Below, piece after piece: positions 1 to 9,444 of a stretch of 64,000 nucleotides of DNA. The DNA lies in assembly GCA_016191325.1 (NCBI GenBank), contig JACPOV010000008.1, positions 718,351 through 782,350 of the forward strand, given 5' to 3'. Each line of letters begins with the position of its first letter. Position 1 is the stretch's first letter. The notes under the pieces are model-generated. The model was not told where the DNA came from. It did no database searches and saw only the letters and a program-made list of their open reading frames with translations. A program made the position numbers and the translations under genes. Origin of the DNA: Candidatus Babelota bacterium (GTDB lineage Bacteria > Babelota > Babeliae > Babelales > JACPOV01).

Positions 1-888
1 CAATTGCTTTGCGATTAAAATTTTTTCAGGGCGAACGCTCATATATACTTTTTTGCCCGGCACCATCCAATCTCTTTTTTCAGGAACAAACATACGAACG
101 GTTGCCAATTGATCAACATCCATAAGTATTTCTTGCCCATTAATTTCTTGAAGTTTACCCTGCAAAAGATTTGTAGTACCCACGAATTTTGCAACAAATG
201 TAGAAACAGGAAACTCATAAATTTCTTTTGGCGTTCCAATTTGTTCTATTGCGCCATCGTGATTCATAATTGCCATTTGATCTGCTACGGTGAGCGCTTC
301 AAATTGATCATGGGTCACGTACACAAACGTCGTTTGCAAATTACTTTGAAGATCAATCAATTCAAGAAGCATTTTTTCTCGTAACTTCAAATCCAAAGCT
401 GCAAGTGGTTCATCTAGCAACAGAACGTCGGGCTGATTAATCACGGCGCGGGCAAGTGCCACGCGTTGTTTTTGCCCACCCGACAATTGATGAATAGATT
501 TGAACATGTGTTGTTCAAGATGCACGCTATTGAGCATTTTAATAACGCGTTGCTCGATAATTTCTGGCGAAACACCTTTTATTCGCTGGCTATAAGCGAC
601 GTTATCAAAAACATTTAAATGGGGGAAAAGAGCATAGTTTTGAAATACGGTATTTATGCGGCGTTTATTGATCGGAGCGTGAGTGATTTCTTGATCGCCC
701 AAAAAAATGTGCCCGTTATCAACCGATTCAAAGCCGGCAATAAGGCGCAAAATAGTTGTTTTTCCGCAACCGCTTGGGCCCAGAAGAGCAAAAAATTGGC
801 CTGAAGGAATTGTTAAATTCAAATCCTCAAGAATCGCCTGTCCATCATACGTTTTCTTTATATTTTCGAGCTTAATGCTCTTTGTCAT
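1..888 (-). CDS. potA: ABC transporter ATP-binding subunit, PotA-like; C-terminus runs off the window
   Basis: Absent from the ORF track because there is no stop in the window. Reverse-strand ATG at 888-886 opens MTKSIKLENIKKTYDGQAILEDL...FFALLGPSGCGKTT (Walker A), LSGGQKQRVALARA (ABC signature), LLLDEPLAALD (Walker B), FVYVTHDQ (H-loop). Frame stays open to position 1. ATGA overlap with the stop of the upstream ORF. Confidence 0.88.
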   Translation of the reverse strand, partial: MTKSIKLENIKKTYDGQAILEDLNLTIPSGQFFALLGPSGCGKTTILRLIAGFESVDNGHIFLGDQEITHAPINKRRINTVFQNYALFPHLNVFDNVAYSQRIKGVSPEIIEQRVIKMLNSVHLEQHMFKSIHQLSGGQKQRVALARAVINQPDVLLLDEPLAALDLKLREKMLLELIDLQSNLQTTFVYVTHDQFEALTVADQMAIMNHDGAIEQIGTPKEIYEFPVSTFVAKFVGTTNLLQGKLQEINGQEILMDVDQLATVRMFVPEKRDWMVPGKKVYMSVRPEKILIAKQL

Positions 889-1562
889 GCTTTCTCCGAC
901 CGCGCAATCACGACTGGGATAATAATATCTGCAAGCGTGCATGGTATCACAACTGCCATAATTAACAACACAAAAAGAGGACCCATAAACGGATACCAAT
1001 TAGTAAACCCTTCGGAAACCATATAAAAAAGTGCCGCTAACGAACTGCAAAAGATGTGCCCGATATGCGTGATCAAAGAATAGATTTTTTTTGAAGAGCC
1101 GTTTTTGCTAATCACTAAACCGTTGATAAGGCCGATCGACAAAAAAGGAATAACATTGCGCAGCTCTGAGCCCCAACAAATATGCAGCCTCATCGAAACG
1201 CCCAATAATCTTCCCGCTACGTACGGCAGCAAAATATCTGAAAGTGTACAGAAAACGATCGCTGAGCACATTGCAACCACAAAGCCACGCATCATATTAG
1301 TTGAATAGCGCGAAAATGTAATCAATGCACCAGATGCAGCAAACGCTAAGTGCACAAAATGAAAACTGTGAAAAAGCATGTGCGTCCCACGCGAAGCCGA
1401 TGCTGGATCGCCGCGCATAATACCAAAAAACTCAACTAAGCTGAGTACCAAGATCCCCACCGCTACCGAAAAAATAGCGTACGGAAAATGGCACATCAAT
1501 TCGTCCATTAACGTCCCGTTATGATGCTCGTGTAGATCGCATCCTTTTGAATGATCTTCCAT
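885..1562 (-). CDS. polytopic membrane protein with His-rich N-terminus (HEHH) and HSFHFVH motif; possible metal-ion transporter, function unknown
   Basis: 225-aa ORF with about 6 hydrophobic helices by eye. Its stop overlaps the potA-like start (ATGA). No family recognised. Confidence 0.6.
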   Translation of the reverse strand: MEDHSKGCDLHEHHNGTLMDELMCHFPYAIFSVAVGILVLSLVEFFGIMRGDPASASRGTHMLFHSFHFVHLAFAASGALITFSRYSTNMMRGFVVAMCSAIVFCTLSDILLPYVAGRLLGVSMRLHICWGSELRNVIPFLSIGLINGLVISKNGSSKKIYSLITHIGHIFCSSLAALFYMVSEGFTNWYPFMGPLFVLLIMAVVIPCTLADIIIPVVIARSEKA

Positions 1563-1660
1563 TTTATTTTAAACCTTTATTTTTCAATTAAAAAAGCCAT
1601 AAAAAGCCTGTGTCTTACACTATAAATCTTTTTTGGGAATTAATCAAAAATTGGATAATA

Positions 1661-1692
1661 AAAAAGAGCCCAGATTCAACCAGGCCCTTTTT
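1661..1692 (-). terminator. weak rho-independent terminator downstream of the 1716..2465 gene
   Basis: On the minus strand AGGGCC/GGCUCU form a 6-bp stem (one G.U) followed by a T run. The left half resembles the hairpin at 2527-2560. Confidence 0.4.
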
Positions 1693-1715
1693 ATAGTTTT
1701 TGTATTAAAATAAGG

Positions 1716-2465
1716 CTATTTTTTCTGCCACCTTTTGAGATATGCGGCAAATCCACAGGCGCTAACAATTGCACCGATTCCTGCAGCGATTACTGTTTTT
1801 TTGGTAAATAAGCGCTCGCCCATCTTGTTTTGATATGCAAGTTGCACTTGCAGTTTTTTAATCTGCTCTTCCTGGCTTTTTTGCTTTTCAGCATGTTGTT
1901 TCTTAAGTTCATCGTTGATTTTGATGAATTCCTGAAGCTGCTTTTCACATTGCTCGTTCTTATTTGCAGAGTGACGGCGCAAACTCTGATTAAATATGTT
2001 TTCTTTATAAAGGGGCATATACGGTGTATTTAAAGTTTCTATATTATTGTAATCTAAAACTGTTTTCTCCAATACGATCATTGCATCGACCAACAAGCGA
2101 TGTTCTTCTCTTGGGGCGAGTAAGTACATACCCGAATTAAATGGCACCACACTTACAGAATTGAGCGGCATAAGCGATTCAAAGGCGCACGCGACCTTCA
2201 CAAGCAAATCGATAAACCCACCGTTTTCATCAACGCGTAAGAGCTTATGATTTGGGTATTTTTTCATAGTTTCACCCATACTTTTTGGAGAAAGCGGCAT
2301 CGCATCAACGCTTTCCTTTGAGCTTTTAAGCTTTTCAATCATTGTTATAAATTGTCGTGCTGCCGACGGTGCTTCTTTTCGAGGCACAAGAGGGGATTCC
2401 ATCCCCAAGAGCACTTTTGAACAAATACTTATTATTATCAAACTGATAAACCCAAACTTTTTCAT
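1716..2465 (-). CDS. secreted/tail-anchored coiled-coil protein, hypothetical
   Basis: N-terminal signal peptide (MKKFGFISLIIISICSKVLLG), K/E/Q-rich heptad-like segment, C-terminal TM helix (VIAAGIGAIVSACGFAAYL) followed by KRWQKK. Confidence 0.7.
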   Translation of the reverse strand: MKKFGFISLIIISICSKVLLGMESPLVPRKEAPSAARQFITMIEKLKSSKESVDAMPLSPKSMGETMKKYPNHKLLRVDENGGFIDLLVKVACAFESLMPLNSVSVVPFNSGMYLLAPREEHRLLVDAMIVLEKTVLDYNNIETLNTPYMPLYKENIFNQSLRRHSANKNEQCEKQLQEFIKINDELKKQHAEKQKSQEEQIKKLQVQLAYQNKMGERLFTKKTVIAAGIGAIVSACGFAAYLKRWQKK

Positions 2466-2526
2466 ACCCCACTCCTTTTGAAAGCATTCATTTTTAGAAT
2501 AGCTCTAAAGGAGATCGGTTTAAAAT

Positions 2527-2560
2527 AAAAAGAGCCCGAATTGCATCGAGCTCTTTTTAT
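2527..2560. terminator. bidirectional hairpin terminator
   Basis: AGAGCCCGA / TCGAGCTCT form a 9-bp stem (1 mismatch) with loop ATTGCA, flanked by A-rich and T-rich runs. Lies just downstream of the 2585..3643 gene. Confidence 0.55.
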
Positions 2561-2584
2561 TTTTACTAAATTAGGTTTATATTT

Positions 2585-3643
2585 TTATGCTTTATTCATG
2601 TACCAGTTATAAGCTTTTTGTAAACCTGCGTAGCTAGCAAGCGTAACGGCACCGCCTACAAAATATTTTCGCCAAGAGTTTTTTTCGGCTTTTAGTTGGG
2701 ATTGAAGATTTTGAATCGTTGCGGCTTCGTTTCCAACTGGCTGGTTACCCATTTGCTCAATTAAAGTTTTTTGAGAATCTATTTGCTCTTCCAGCTGGTT
2801 TACAACCTGCTGATATTGTTGCGATTTAGCAAGAGCATCCTTTTGACATTGTTGATGGGCAGAATTAGTTTTCTCTGCGCGCAAGAGGGCTTTAATATCC
2901 CCTTCTTTTTGCTCTAATGCTTCATTGCCGCAATCTATTGTCTTTTTATAAAATTCAATATTTTGCTTCAGTCGTTTTACCTCTTCCTGAAGCTCATTTC
3001 CATTAGAATTGCCATTTTTCACTGAATGTTCAAGTTCGGCTTTTTCTTTTGAAATTTGCGAATAGAGTTTAGCAAGTTTTTCATTTTCTTCAGAAAGTTT
3101 TTCAACGGTTTCTTTCTCAGAATCACTTAGGCTATCGCGAACTAGCTTTTTAATTTTTTGAATATCTTGATCGCAAGCTTCGAAATCTAAGCGATCTAAT
3201 TTTAGATACCCGTACTTATCAGATTCGGAGTGAAAAAGTTTTATTGCTCCATCTTTGGCAAATCTACTTTCGAAAGTTCTGCCTGCGTCCACAATCGCAT
3301 TCATGAGCGCTGCATCACCAATTATGCCATCTTTATTATATTCTAGACGAATATATACATGCTTATTGTGTGGCGATCTCTCAAACGGCATGCTTAGGTG
3401 CGCGGGTAGGGTATTATATTTTTCATTTAGTTTTCGACCTTCGCTAATGGCTTGGGAAAACCTAAGTAGGCCCCCATTTATTACGTTTAGCCCTCCGTTA
3501 ACGCCATTAACGTATTCCAGTCGCTCTATATTTTCTTTTTTTAGTTTCTCTGCTAATTCAGTACTCTTATTTTCATTCATCCCAAATGCGGAACCGAATG
3601 GTATAAGTGCCATTGCTAATAACAATTTTTGTATTTTCTTCAT
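2585..3643 (-). CDS. secreted/tail-anchored long coiled-coil protein, hypothetical
   Basis: Signal peptide (MKKIQKLLLAMALIPFGSAFG), ~170 aa of E/K/Q-rich coiled-coil-like sequence, C-terminal TM (YFVGGAVTLASYAGL). Same architecture as the neighbouring 1716..2465 gene. Confidence 0.7.
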   Translation of the reverse strand: MKKIQKLLLAMALIPFGSAFGMNENKSTELAEKLKKENIERLEYVNGVNGGLNVINGGLLRFSQAISEGRKLNEKYNTLPAHLSMPFERSPHNKHVYIRLEYNKDGIIGDAALMNAIVDAGRTFESRFAKDGAIKLFHSESDKYGYLKLDRLDFEACDQDIQKIKKLVRDSLSDSEKETVEKLSEENEKLAKLYSQISKEKAELEHSVKNGNSNGNELQEEVKRLKQNIEFYKKTIDCGNEALEQKEGDIKALLRAEKTNSAHQQCQKDALAKSQQYQQVVNQLEEQIDSQKTLIEQMGNQPVGNEAATIQNLQSQLKAEKNSWRKYFVGGAVTLASYAGLQKAYNWYMNKA

Positions 3644-3769
3644 AAATCACATCCATAGTTTCATAGATTCAATAATCACTTATAGAATGCCCAAAATTAA
3701 ATAACTTGTCAAATAGAAATTATTACAAATAGGCCATTCTTATAGCCCCCTAGAAAGAAAAACTAAATC

Positions 3770-6643
3770 TCAAAAAGCATGGCCCAGTGTAAACCAAGCC
3801 GCGTAAGAGTTTTCTTCAGGGTCTTGCTTGCGCCATTTCCAGCCAATATCAAAACGCAAGGGGCCCATAGGGGTTAAATACCGCAAGCCAAAACCGGTTG
3901 ATCCCAAAAGAGAATTGCTATCGATCGCCGTTAGCGGTGCATCAGATACTAAAATGCCAATATCTTCAAAAACCGCGCCCCAAAGCCGATCCATAATCGG
4001 GATTGGAAATCGTATTTCCAGATTTGCGTTAAAAACAAAACGCCCCCCCTGCGGCACTAAACACTCTTTTCCTTTTTCATCAATAAAAACGCCAAGGGGC
4101 GGCGCAAAATCTGGCAAATAGCCCCTGAGGGACATTTCGCCACCCAAATAAAAACGGTCGATCGGCATGATCGTTGCAAAATGATGAGCAAAAATATTTC
4201 CCACGCGAACATGCAAACCAAAAATCGTGCGCCACACCGGAAAGAAGAGCGATTGATCCAGCAATATTTTTAAAAACGGTACGCCATTTTTATTGAAGGG
4301 GGCCATGCTCTTGCACGAAATAACGGTGAGCGATCCAAAACGTGGATTTGCTTTATTATCGAGCTTATCAATAAAAAGATTTGGTTCGATATAGGCATAC
4401 GGAGCTTTTTTATCAATTAAAACAGGCTCAAAATTAATGGCGCGAGCTAATTCTACCGATAAATGATTTGTTTCAAGAAGCTCAATGCCAGCATTTATGC
4501 CCCATTCCCTTTTATCAGCTTTATAACTTAACCCAAGTAATCCGCCTTGTTGGCGTGCTTGGTAAAGTGGTTTTGCAGATCCCAAAATAATCGGCTGCAT
4601 ATAGGTGCTATTGTATCCCTTCAAAATCAAATTGATCGGAAATCCTAAAAACCATGGCCGCTTATAAATGCCCGAAACATTTCGATAGAAACGAGTAACA
4701 TCAATATCCAACCGCATACTATCTGCATAATTAAACGGATTTTTAATCAACAACGATCCGCCAAGTTTATAAGTGGTGCCGTTGCGAAATGCGAAATTTC
4801 TGCTGACCTGCTGAAATCCTGCACGAACACGAACTTCATAAGGATCATCGTGTACTAATTTTAAGAGTACCGCTTTTTGGCTATCAAATTCTTGCGAACT
4901 ATCGCCATGCGCATAAATGGTCTCGAAAACATCTAAATCTCGTAATTTTAAAAAAGATTCCCGCACAAGTTCTTTGTTCCACCAATCTCCCTCGCGATAG
5001 CTCAGATTTTTTTCTATGAGCGAAAATGGTAATCGTGTCGCCCCTTGCAAAATAGTTTTGCCAAACTTGAATCGCTTTCCTGGAGTAACATGCCAAATAA
5101 TCTCGACACATTGATCTCGATGCACAATTTCTGCTTTCAATTGAGCATAAAGGTAACCGCGCGATTGAAAATAATTGAGAAGAGTTTTTTTATGGTTATT
5201 TAATGTATCGAATGTAAAAAGATCATCCGTTCTCTCTTTACGCAAAAGAATCGCAGCGCATTTTTCATCATCGCTGCATGCGCCCTCAACCGATATTTTT
5301 TCAATTGTTTTACGACTTCCTTCATATATTGTCAGCTCCAACATATATTCGTGTGGATTTATTGTGGGTACAAATAGCTCTTTCTCGATTTTTGCATCCA
5401 CAAATCCTTGTTGGTGATACCATTTTATTAATTGAGCAATCTGATTTTTCAAAACATCTAGATCAATAGGCTTCTTTTTTTTATAAGCTTTGAAAAATTT
5501 TTTACAAAGCCATTTTTCATCCATTGATTTTAAGCCTCGCAGAGTAATTGAGCATGCGTGAGCCCGAAGCCCCTCATTAACTAAAAAAAAATGGTTGTTT
5601 TTTTCCTGCTCAATTTCTATGCGAACTTCCCAAAAGCCTTTTGAATGATATCGCTCAATTATTTCCTCAGATATAATCGAAAGCGGCACCATATCAGCTG
5701 CCCTACCAAAACTAACGCAATGATCTATCAACTCTTTTTTTGAAAAAAACTGATTTCCAAAAAAAATAAATCTCCGCTGGTGCGCCACATTTAAATGAAA
5801 CGCCAAATTGACCGTGCATCGATCACTTTCGATAGTTTTGCGTAATTCAATGCGCGGATTTAAATATCCTTTTTTTGCTAAATATTCTCTGATCTTTTGT
5901 GTTTCATTATTAAGAAGATGCTGGCTGCACACCGAACGTAAAAGTTTTTTTGAACAGCGTTCTTCAATCTTGTGAGCCATCATTCGATGCTCATCATCTA
6001 CCACTTCTTGATCAAACTTGATCGATACTGCATCGATCGTAAATGGTGCGCCGGGCACAATCGATACGGTTGGTGTCACTAATTTTGATCGGTGATCATA
6101 AGTATTATAACTGCTGACACTTGCATTAATAAAACCTTCAGCGACTAACGCTTCTTTAATAATCTTTATAAAATGATAATGGCGCTCAATATCAAATTGT
6201 TCACCTTGCTCCATGCTATAAAGATGGCGATATGCTTCTTTTCCAAAAAAAACACCATCGAATTTAACTTTGTGAAACGTCCAGAACCCAACAAGTTTGA
6301 AATGGATTCGATAGCTCGTTTGATTACTATTACTAAAAAAAAGTTGGATTGTTTCGAATTTATTTTTTTTCTTTAGATAGGAAAGTGCGCACTCAAGCTG
6401 CGCGAAGGAAAGTTTCACTCCAGGTTTAATATCAACTAAATAATTGAACTCGTTCTGACTAAAGAAAACATCAGATTCGTATGAGACCGATTCTATTTTT
6501 AATTCTTCAGGAAATTTTTCTTCGAGTTCTTGAATTACTAAATCCCCAGATCGAACGACGGTAACATCAAAATCCGATTGAGCAGAAAATGATATTAATA
6601 AAAAGATAATAGAATTAAAAAACAAAACGCGGCAGTATAACAC
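3770..6643 (-). CDS. bamA: outer membrane protein assembly factor BamA (Omp85 family), long form 957 aa
   Basis: Signal peptide, repeated POTRA-like units, and an Omp85 C-terminal barrel with GGRFVFNANLEIRFPI...GAVFEDIGILV...GFGLRYLTPMGPLRFDIGWKW. Terminal residue is F. Confidence 0.85.
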   Translation of the reverse strand: MLYCRVLFFNSIIFLLISFSAQSDFDVTVVRSGDLVIQELEEKFPEELKIESVSYESDVFFSQNEFNYLVDIKPGVKLSFAQLECALSYLKKKNKFETIQLFFSNSNQTSYRIHFKLVGFWTFHKVKFDGVFFGKEAYRHLYSMEQGEQFDIERHYHFIKIIKEALVAEGFINASVSSYNTYDHRSKLVTPTVSIVPGAPFTIDAVSIKFDQEVVDDEHRMMAHKIEERCSKKLLRSVCSQHLLNNETQKIREYLAKKGYLNPRIELRKTIESDRCTVNLAFHLNVAHQRRFIFFGNQFFSKKELIDHCVSFGRAADMVPLSIISEEIIERYHSKGFWEVRIEIEQEKNNHFFLVNEGLRAHACSITLRGLKSMDEKWLCKKFFKAYKKKKPIDLDVLKNQIAQLIKWYHQQGFVDAKIEKELFVPTINPHEYMLELTIYEGSRKTIEKISVEGACSDDEKCAAILLRKERTDDLFTFDTLNNHKKTLLNYFQSRGYLYAQLKAEIVHRDQCVEIIWHVTPGKRFKFGKTILQGATRLPFSLIEKNLSYREGDWWNKELVRESFLKLRDLDVFETIYAHGDSSQEFDSQKAVLLKLVHDDPYEVRVRAGFQQVSRNFAFRNGTTYKLGGSLLIKNPFNYADSMRLDIDVTRFYRNVSGIYKRPWFLGFPINLILKGYNSTYMQPIILGSAKPLYQARQQGGLLGLSYKADKREWGINAGIELLETNHLSVELARAINFEPVLIDKKAPYAYIEPNLFIDKLDNKANPRFGSLTVISCKSMAPFNKNGVPFLKILLDQSLFFPVWRTIFGLHVRVGNIFAHHFATIMPIDRFYLGGEMSLRGYLPDFAPPLGVFIDEKGKECLVPQGGRFVFNANLEIRFPIPIMDRLWGAVFEDIGILVSDAPLTAIDSNSLLGSTGFGLRYLTPMGPLRFDIGWKWRKQDPEENSYAAWFTLGHAF

Positions 6644-6873
6644 AGCTTTCCTAGAGCTTTTCCTTGATGCAATTAGCTTATCATAATGGGCTACGATTGG
6701 TAGGTAACTCTCTGCGATACTATTTGCTAGCTTACGAAAAACAATTTGAAAACGAATTTTCTGAGAATGTAGATAAAAAAAGAGGTTCGCTCATCGCCGA
6801 ACTGAAAAAAAGAGAACTCTTGTTATTAGAAAAGCATTGGATTTGGCAGGCTAGGAAAGCCTGCCATTTAAAT

Positions 6874-7158
6874 TTATTCGATGATCCTGAAAACTCCTCG
6901 ATAATCCTTCGACTTAATGAACGGCTCAATTTGAATTCGATCGATACTTTTATTTGCCGCTTCTTTGTGCAAGGTGTCTATTAAATCTTGCAAATCATCT
7001 TTTTGCCCGCACGCGATGACCGTGATCGTAGGCTCCGTAGCGCCCACTAAATGCGCAGTTCCCTCGATCGACAATTCTCGAGCTCGATGCGCCACTGTTG
7101 CCTGCAAAAATCCCTTGGGGACTTTTAAGACAAACGTAATATGTAAACATTGCTTCAT
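6874..7158 (-). CDS. acylphosphatase-like small protein
   Basis: Start chosen at the ATG at 7158, preceded by AAGGAG 7 nt upstream. Has a beta-alpha-beta pattern (FVLKVPKGFLQATVAHRARELSIEGTA...VIACGQKDDLQDLIDTL) ending YRGVFRIIE, typical of the acylphosphatase fold. Motifs are degenerate. Confidence 0.5.
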   Translation of the reverse strand: MKQCLHITFVLKVPKGFLQATVAHRARELSIEGTAHLVGATEPTITVIACGQKDDLQDLIDTLHKEAANKSIDRIQIEPFIKSKDYRGVFRIIE

Positions 7159-7384
7159 TATCGTCTCCTTTTTCCAGAGCAATCAACCGCTAATGCTCGG
7201 TCTATTTTTTTCGCATCTCGTCGGCACCCAGAACTCGCAAGCCTTGAGGGCAATAAATTTGAGAGGAACCTAACAAAAGAGAATTTCGAATGTCAAAGTA
7301 AATTGCTGCTAAGTAGCAATACTGGACTCGAAACACCAAGAACGGTACACTATTGACAAAGATACGTATACTCAAGGAATATCA

Positions 7385-8815
7385 ATGAAACCATCAACAG
7401 TGCGAGTGCGTTTTGCACCTTCTCCTACCGGCCTTATGCATCTTGGAAGCGTTCGCATTGCACTTTTTAATTTTCTGTTTGCTCGCCATTATAACGGTAC
7501 CTTTATTTTGCGTATCGAAGATACCGATCTTGAGCGGAATTTTGATCCAGGTGGCGCGATCATTATGGAAGATCTGGGATGGCTTGGACTTTCTTATCAA
7601 GAAGGCCCTATTGTTGGCGGGCCCGATGCACCGTATGAACAATCAAAACGCGGCGCCCTTTATCAAGAAAAATTAACAGAACTTATTCAGAAAAATTCGG
7701 TCTATCGTTGTTTTTGCACCGTTGAAGAATTAGATCGCAAAAGAACTCGGCAAATAGCAAGCAAGCAGCCACCACGCTACGATAGAACGTGCTTAAAATT
7801 GACGCAAAAGCAACTAGATGAAAATCTTTTAAATAACGTCCCTTTTATTTGGCGCTATCAAATACCCGCCGGCACTATACAAATTACTGATCTTTCTCGC
7901 GGAAACGTTTCATTTGATCTGTCTAACTTTTCAGATTTTCCGCTTACACGAGAAGATGGCAGTTTCACTTTTTTGTTTGTTAACTGCGTTGACGATATTT
8001 TAATGAAAATTTCTCACGTCATTCGCGGCGAGGATCATCTTTCAAATACTGCAAATCAAGTTGTACTCTATCGTGCATTTGATAAAGAAGTGCCACTTTT
8101 TTGGCATATGCCGATTATTTGCAATCCTGAAGGAAAGAAACTTTCAAAAAGAGATTTTGGATTTTCCTTGCGCGATTTACGGCAAGCAGGATTTTTGCCT
8201 GAAGCAGTATGCAATTATTTAGCAATCATCGGCGGTTCATTTGAGCAAGAAGTAATGACTCTTCAAGAGCTTTCAAAGGCGATTGATTTTAAACATATTC
8301 ATACGGCAAGCACGATAAAATATGATCTTGAAAAACTTCGCTGGATGAATCATCAATGGATTATGCGCATGGATATCCCAACGCTCACCGATGCAATTTT
8401 GCCTTTTTTGATTGCCTCTTATCCGCAGGCTGCAAATCTTGATCGTATAACTATTGAAAAGCTAGTTTCATCAATTAGTAAAGAAATTCACACACTCAAA
8501 GATGCATCTACTGCTCTCCACTATTTCTTTGAATCACCTTTAATCACAAAAGAAAAATTGCTTGAACATATTTCGCCAGAAAATTTAGAAATTTGTTTAA
8601 CAATAATTCAAGAGAAAAAAAAGTTGCTGAGCAAACCGGAAGATTTTATCAAGGAAGTAAAGCAAGCTGCTGCAACTAAAAATGTGCCAACTAAAGCGCT
8701 CTTTGCTACCTTGCGTTTACTGATCGCTGGATCGGCGCATGGCGCATCGCTTCACGATATGATTACACTTCTTGGCGCCGATGAAATTACGAAACGGTTG
8801 TCGGTAAAAATATAG
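7385..8815 (+). CDS. gltX: glutamate--tRNA ligase
   Basis: VRVRFAPSPTGLMHLGSVRIALFNFLFAR (HIGH-type motif), ILRIEDTDLERN, KLSKRD (KMSKS-type). 476 aa. TAG stop. Confidence 0.95.
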   Translation: MKPSTVRVRFAPSPTGLMHLGSVRIALFNFLFARHYNGTFILRIEDTDLERNFDPGGAIIMEDLGWLGLSYQEGPIVGGPDAPYEQSKRGALYQEKLTELIQKNSVYRCFCTVEELDRKRTRQIASKQPPRYDRTCLKLTQKQLDENLLNNVPFIWRYQIPAGTIQITDLSRGNVSFDLSNFSDFPLTREDGSFTFLFVNCVDDILMKISHVIRGEDHLSNTANQVVLYRAFDKEVPLFWHMPIICNPEGKKLSKRDFGFSLRDLRQAGFLPEAVCNYLAIIGGSFEQEVMTLQELSKAIDFKHIHTASTIKYDLEKLRWMNHQWIMRMDIPTLTDAILPFLIASYPQAANLDRITIEKLVSSISKEIHTLKDASTALHYFFESPLITKEKLLEHISPENLEICLTIIQEKKKLLSKPEDFIKEVKQAAATKNVPTKALFATLRLLIAGSAHGASLHDMITLLGADEITKRLSVKI

Positions 8816-8826
8816 TGCATTAAAAA

Positions 8827-9019
8827 TTGCGCACCCTTCGATACAATTTTTAACGTAGTTAAAAATCACTCAGGGCGAGCGCAGTAGGTCTCAGTTTTAA
8901 ATTAGCTCCAGAATCGTTGATAAAATAAAAATTGTTCCCTTCAAAATTTGAAAAATTTCTCTCGCGCTCGTCCTGAGTGGTTTCGAGCGTAGCGAGAAAT
9001 TGTATCGAAGGATGCGCGA
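8827..9019. repeat. ~190-bp nested inverted-repeat (MITE/REP-like palindromic) element between convergent genes
   Basis: Outer arms 8829-8849 GCGCACCCTTCGATACAATTT and 8997-9017 AAATTGTATCGAAGGATGCGC match 20/21. Inner arms 8866-8882 and 8964-8980 match 15/17. Both internal spacers are exactly 16 nt. The centre is AT-rich, ~80 nt. Confidence 0.7.
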
Positions 9020-9029
9020 CGCGATGATT

Positions 9030-9284
9030 TCAAACAACAGCATCTGCTTGCATCAATCGATTAGGTAATTTTTTTAAATTACGTACGATCTCTTTTTCTT
9101 TAAATAATTCCATCAACTCGAGAAATGGTACTTCGTTCGCCACTGGAACAAAAAATTCAAAAATACTTTCTTGTTTATCAATCGTGCGTTCAAAAACCAA
9201 ATGTTCGTAACTGCGCAAAATCGCGGCAAACATCCAAACTCGCGAGCGCTCTATATGAGCTTGATAGTAAAAACAGTACGCCAT
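9030..9284 (-). CDS. small conserved-looking hypothetical protein (84 aa)
   Basis: ORF with a compact globular-looking sequence (WMFAAILRSYEHLVFERTIDKQESIFEFFVP...KKLPNRL). Family not recognised with confidence. Confidence 0.5.
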   Translation of the reverse strand: MAYCFYYQAHIERSRVWMFAAILRSYEHLVFERTIDKQESIFEFFVPVANEVPFLELMELFKEKEIVRNLKKLPNRLMQADAVV

Positions 9285-9383
9285 GCAAACACCTGTTTAG
9301 GAGAAAAAAAATCACAACCTTGTTTCCTAATGATCGTTTAGTATAGCATAAATGCACCGCTCATGCACACATCATCCAGCTGA

Positions 9384-9413
9384 TTGACGAACGTTATCTA
9401 AAGGTGCTATAAA
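9384..9413 (+). promoter_or_regulatory. candidate sigma70-type promoter for the downstream OMP gene
   Basis: TTGACG (9384-9389), an 18-nt spacer, then TATAAA (9408-9413), ~30 nt upstream of the ATG at 9445. Confidence 0.3.
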
Positions 9414-9444
9414 GGAAAAAGAAGCTTTGATTGAAAGGATAGTG

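Noticed and set aside
3255-3704. 149-aa plus-strand ORF antisense to the coiled-coil gene
   Set aside because: It is an antisense shadow of a biased (E/K/Q-rich) coding region. It crosses the real gene's start and has no SD or motifs.
6664-6984. 106-aa plus-strand ORF between bamA and the acylphosphatase-like gene
   Set aside because: It has no recognisable family, and its last 110 nt overlap the better supported minus-strand gene, which has a strong SD. A shorter real peptide cannot be excluded, but there is nothing to support it.
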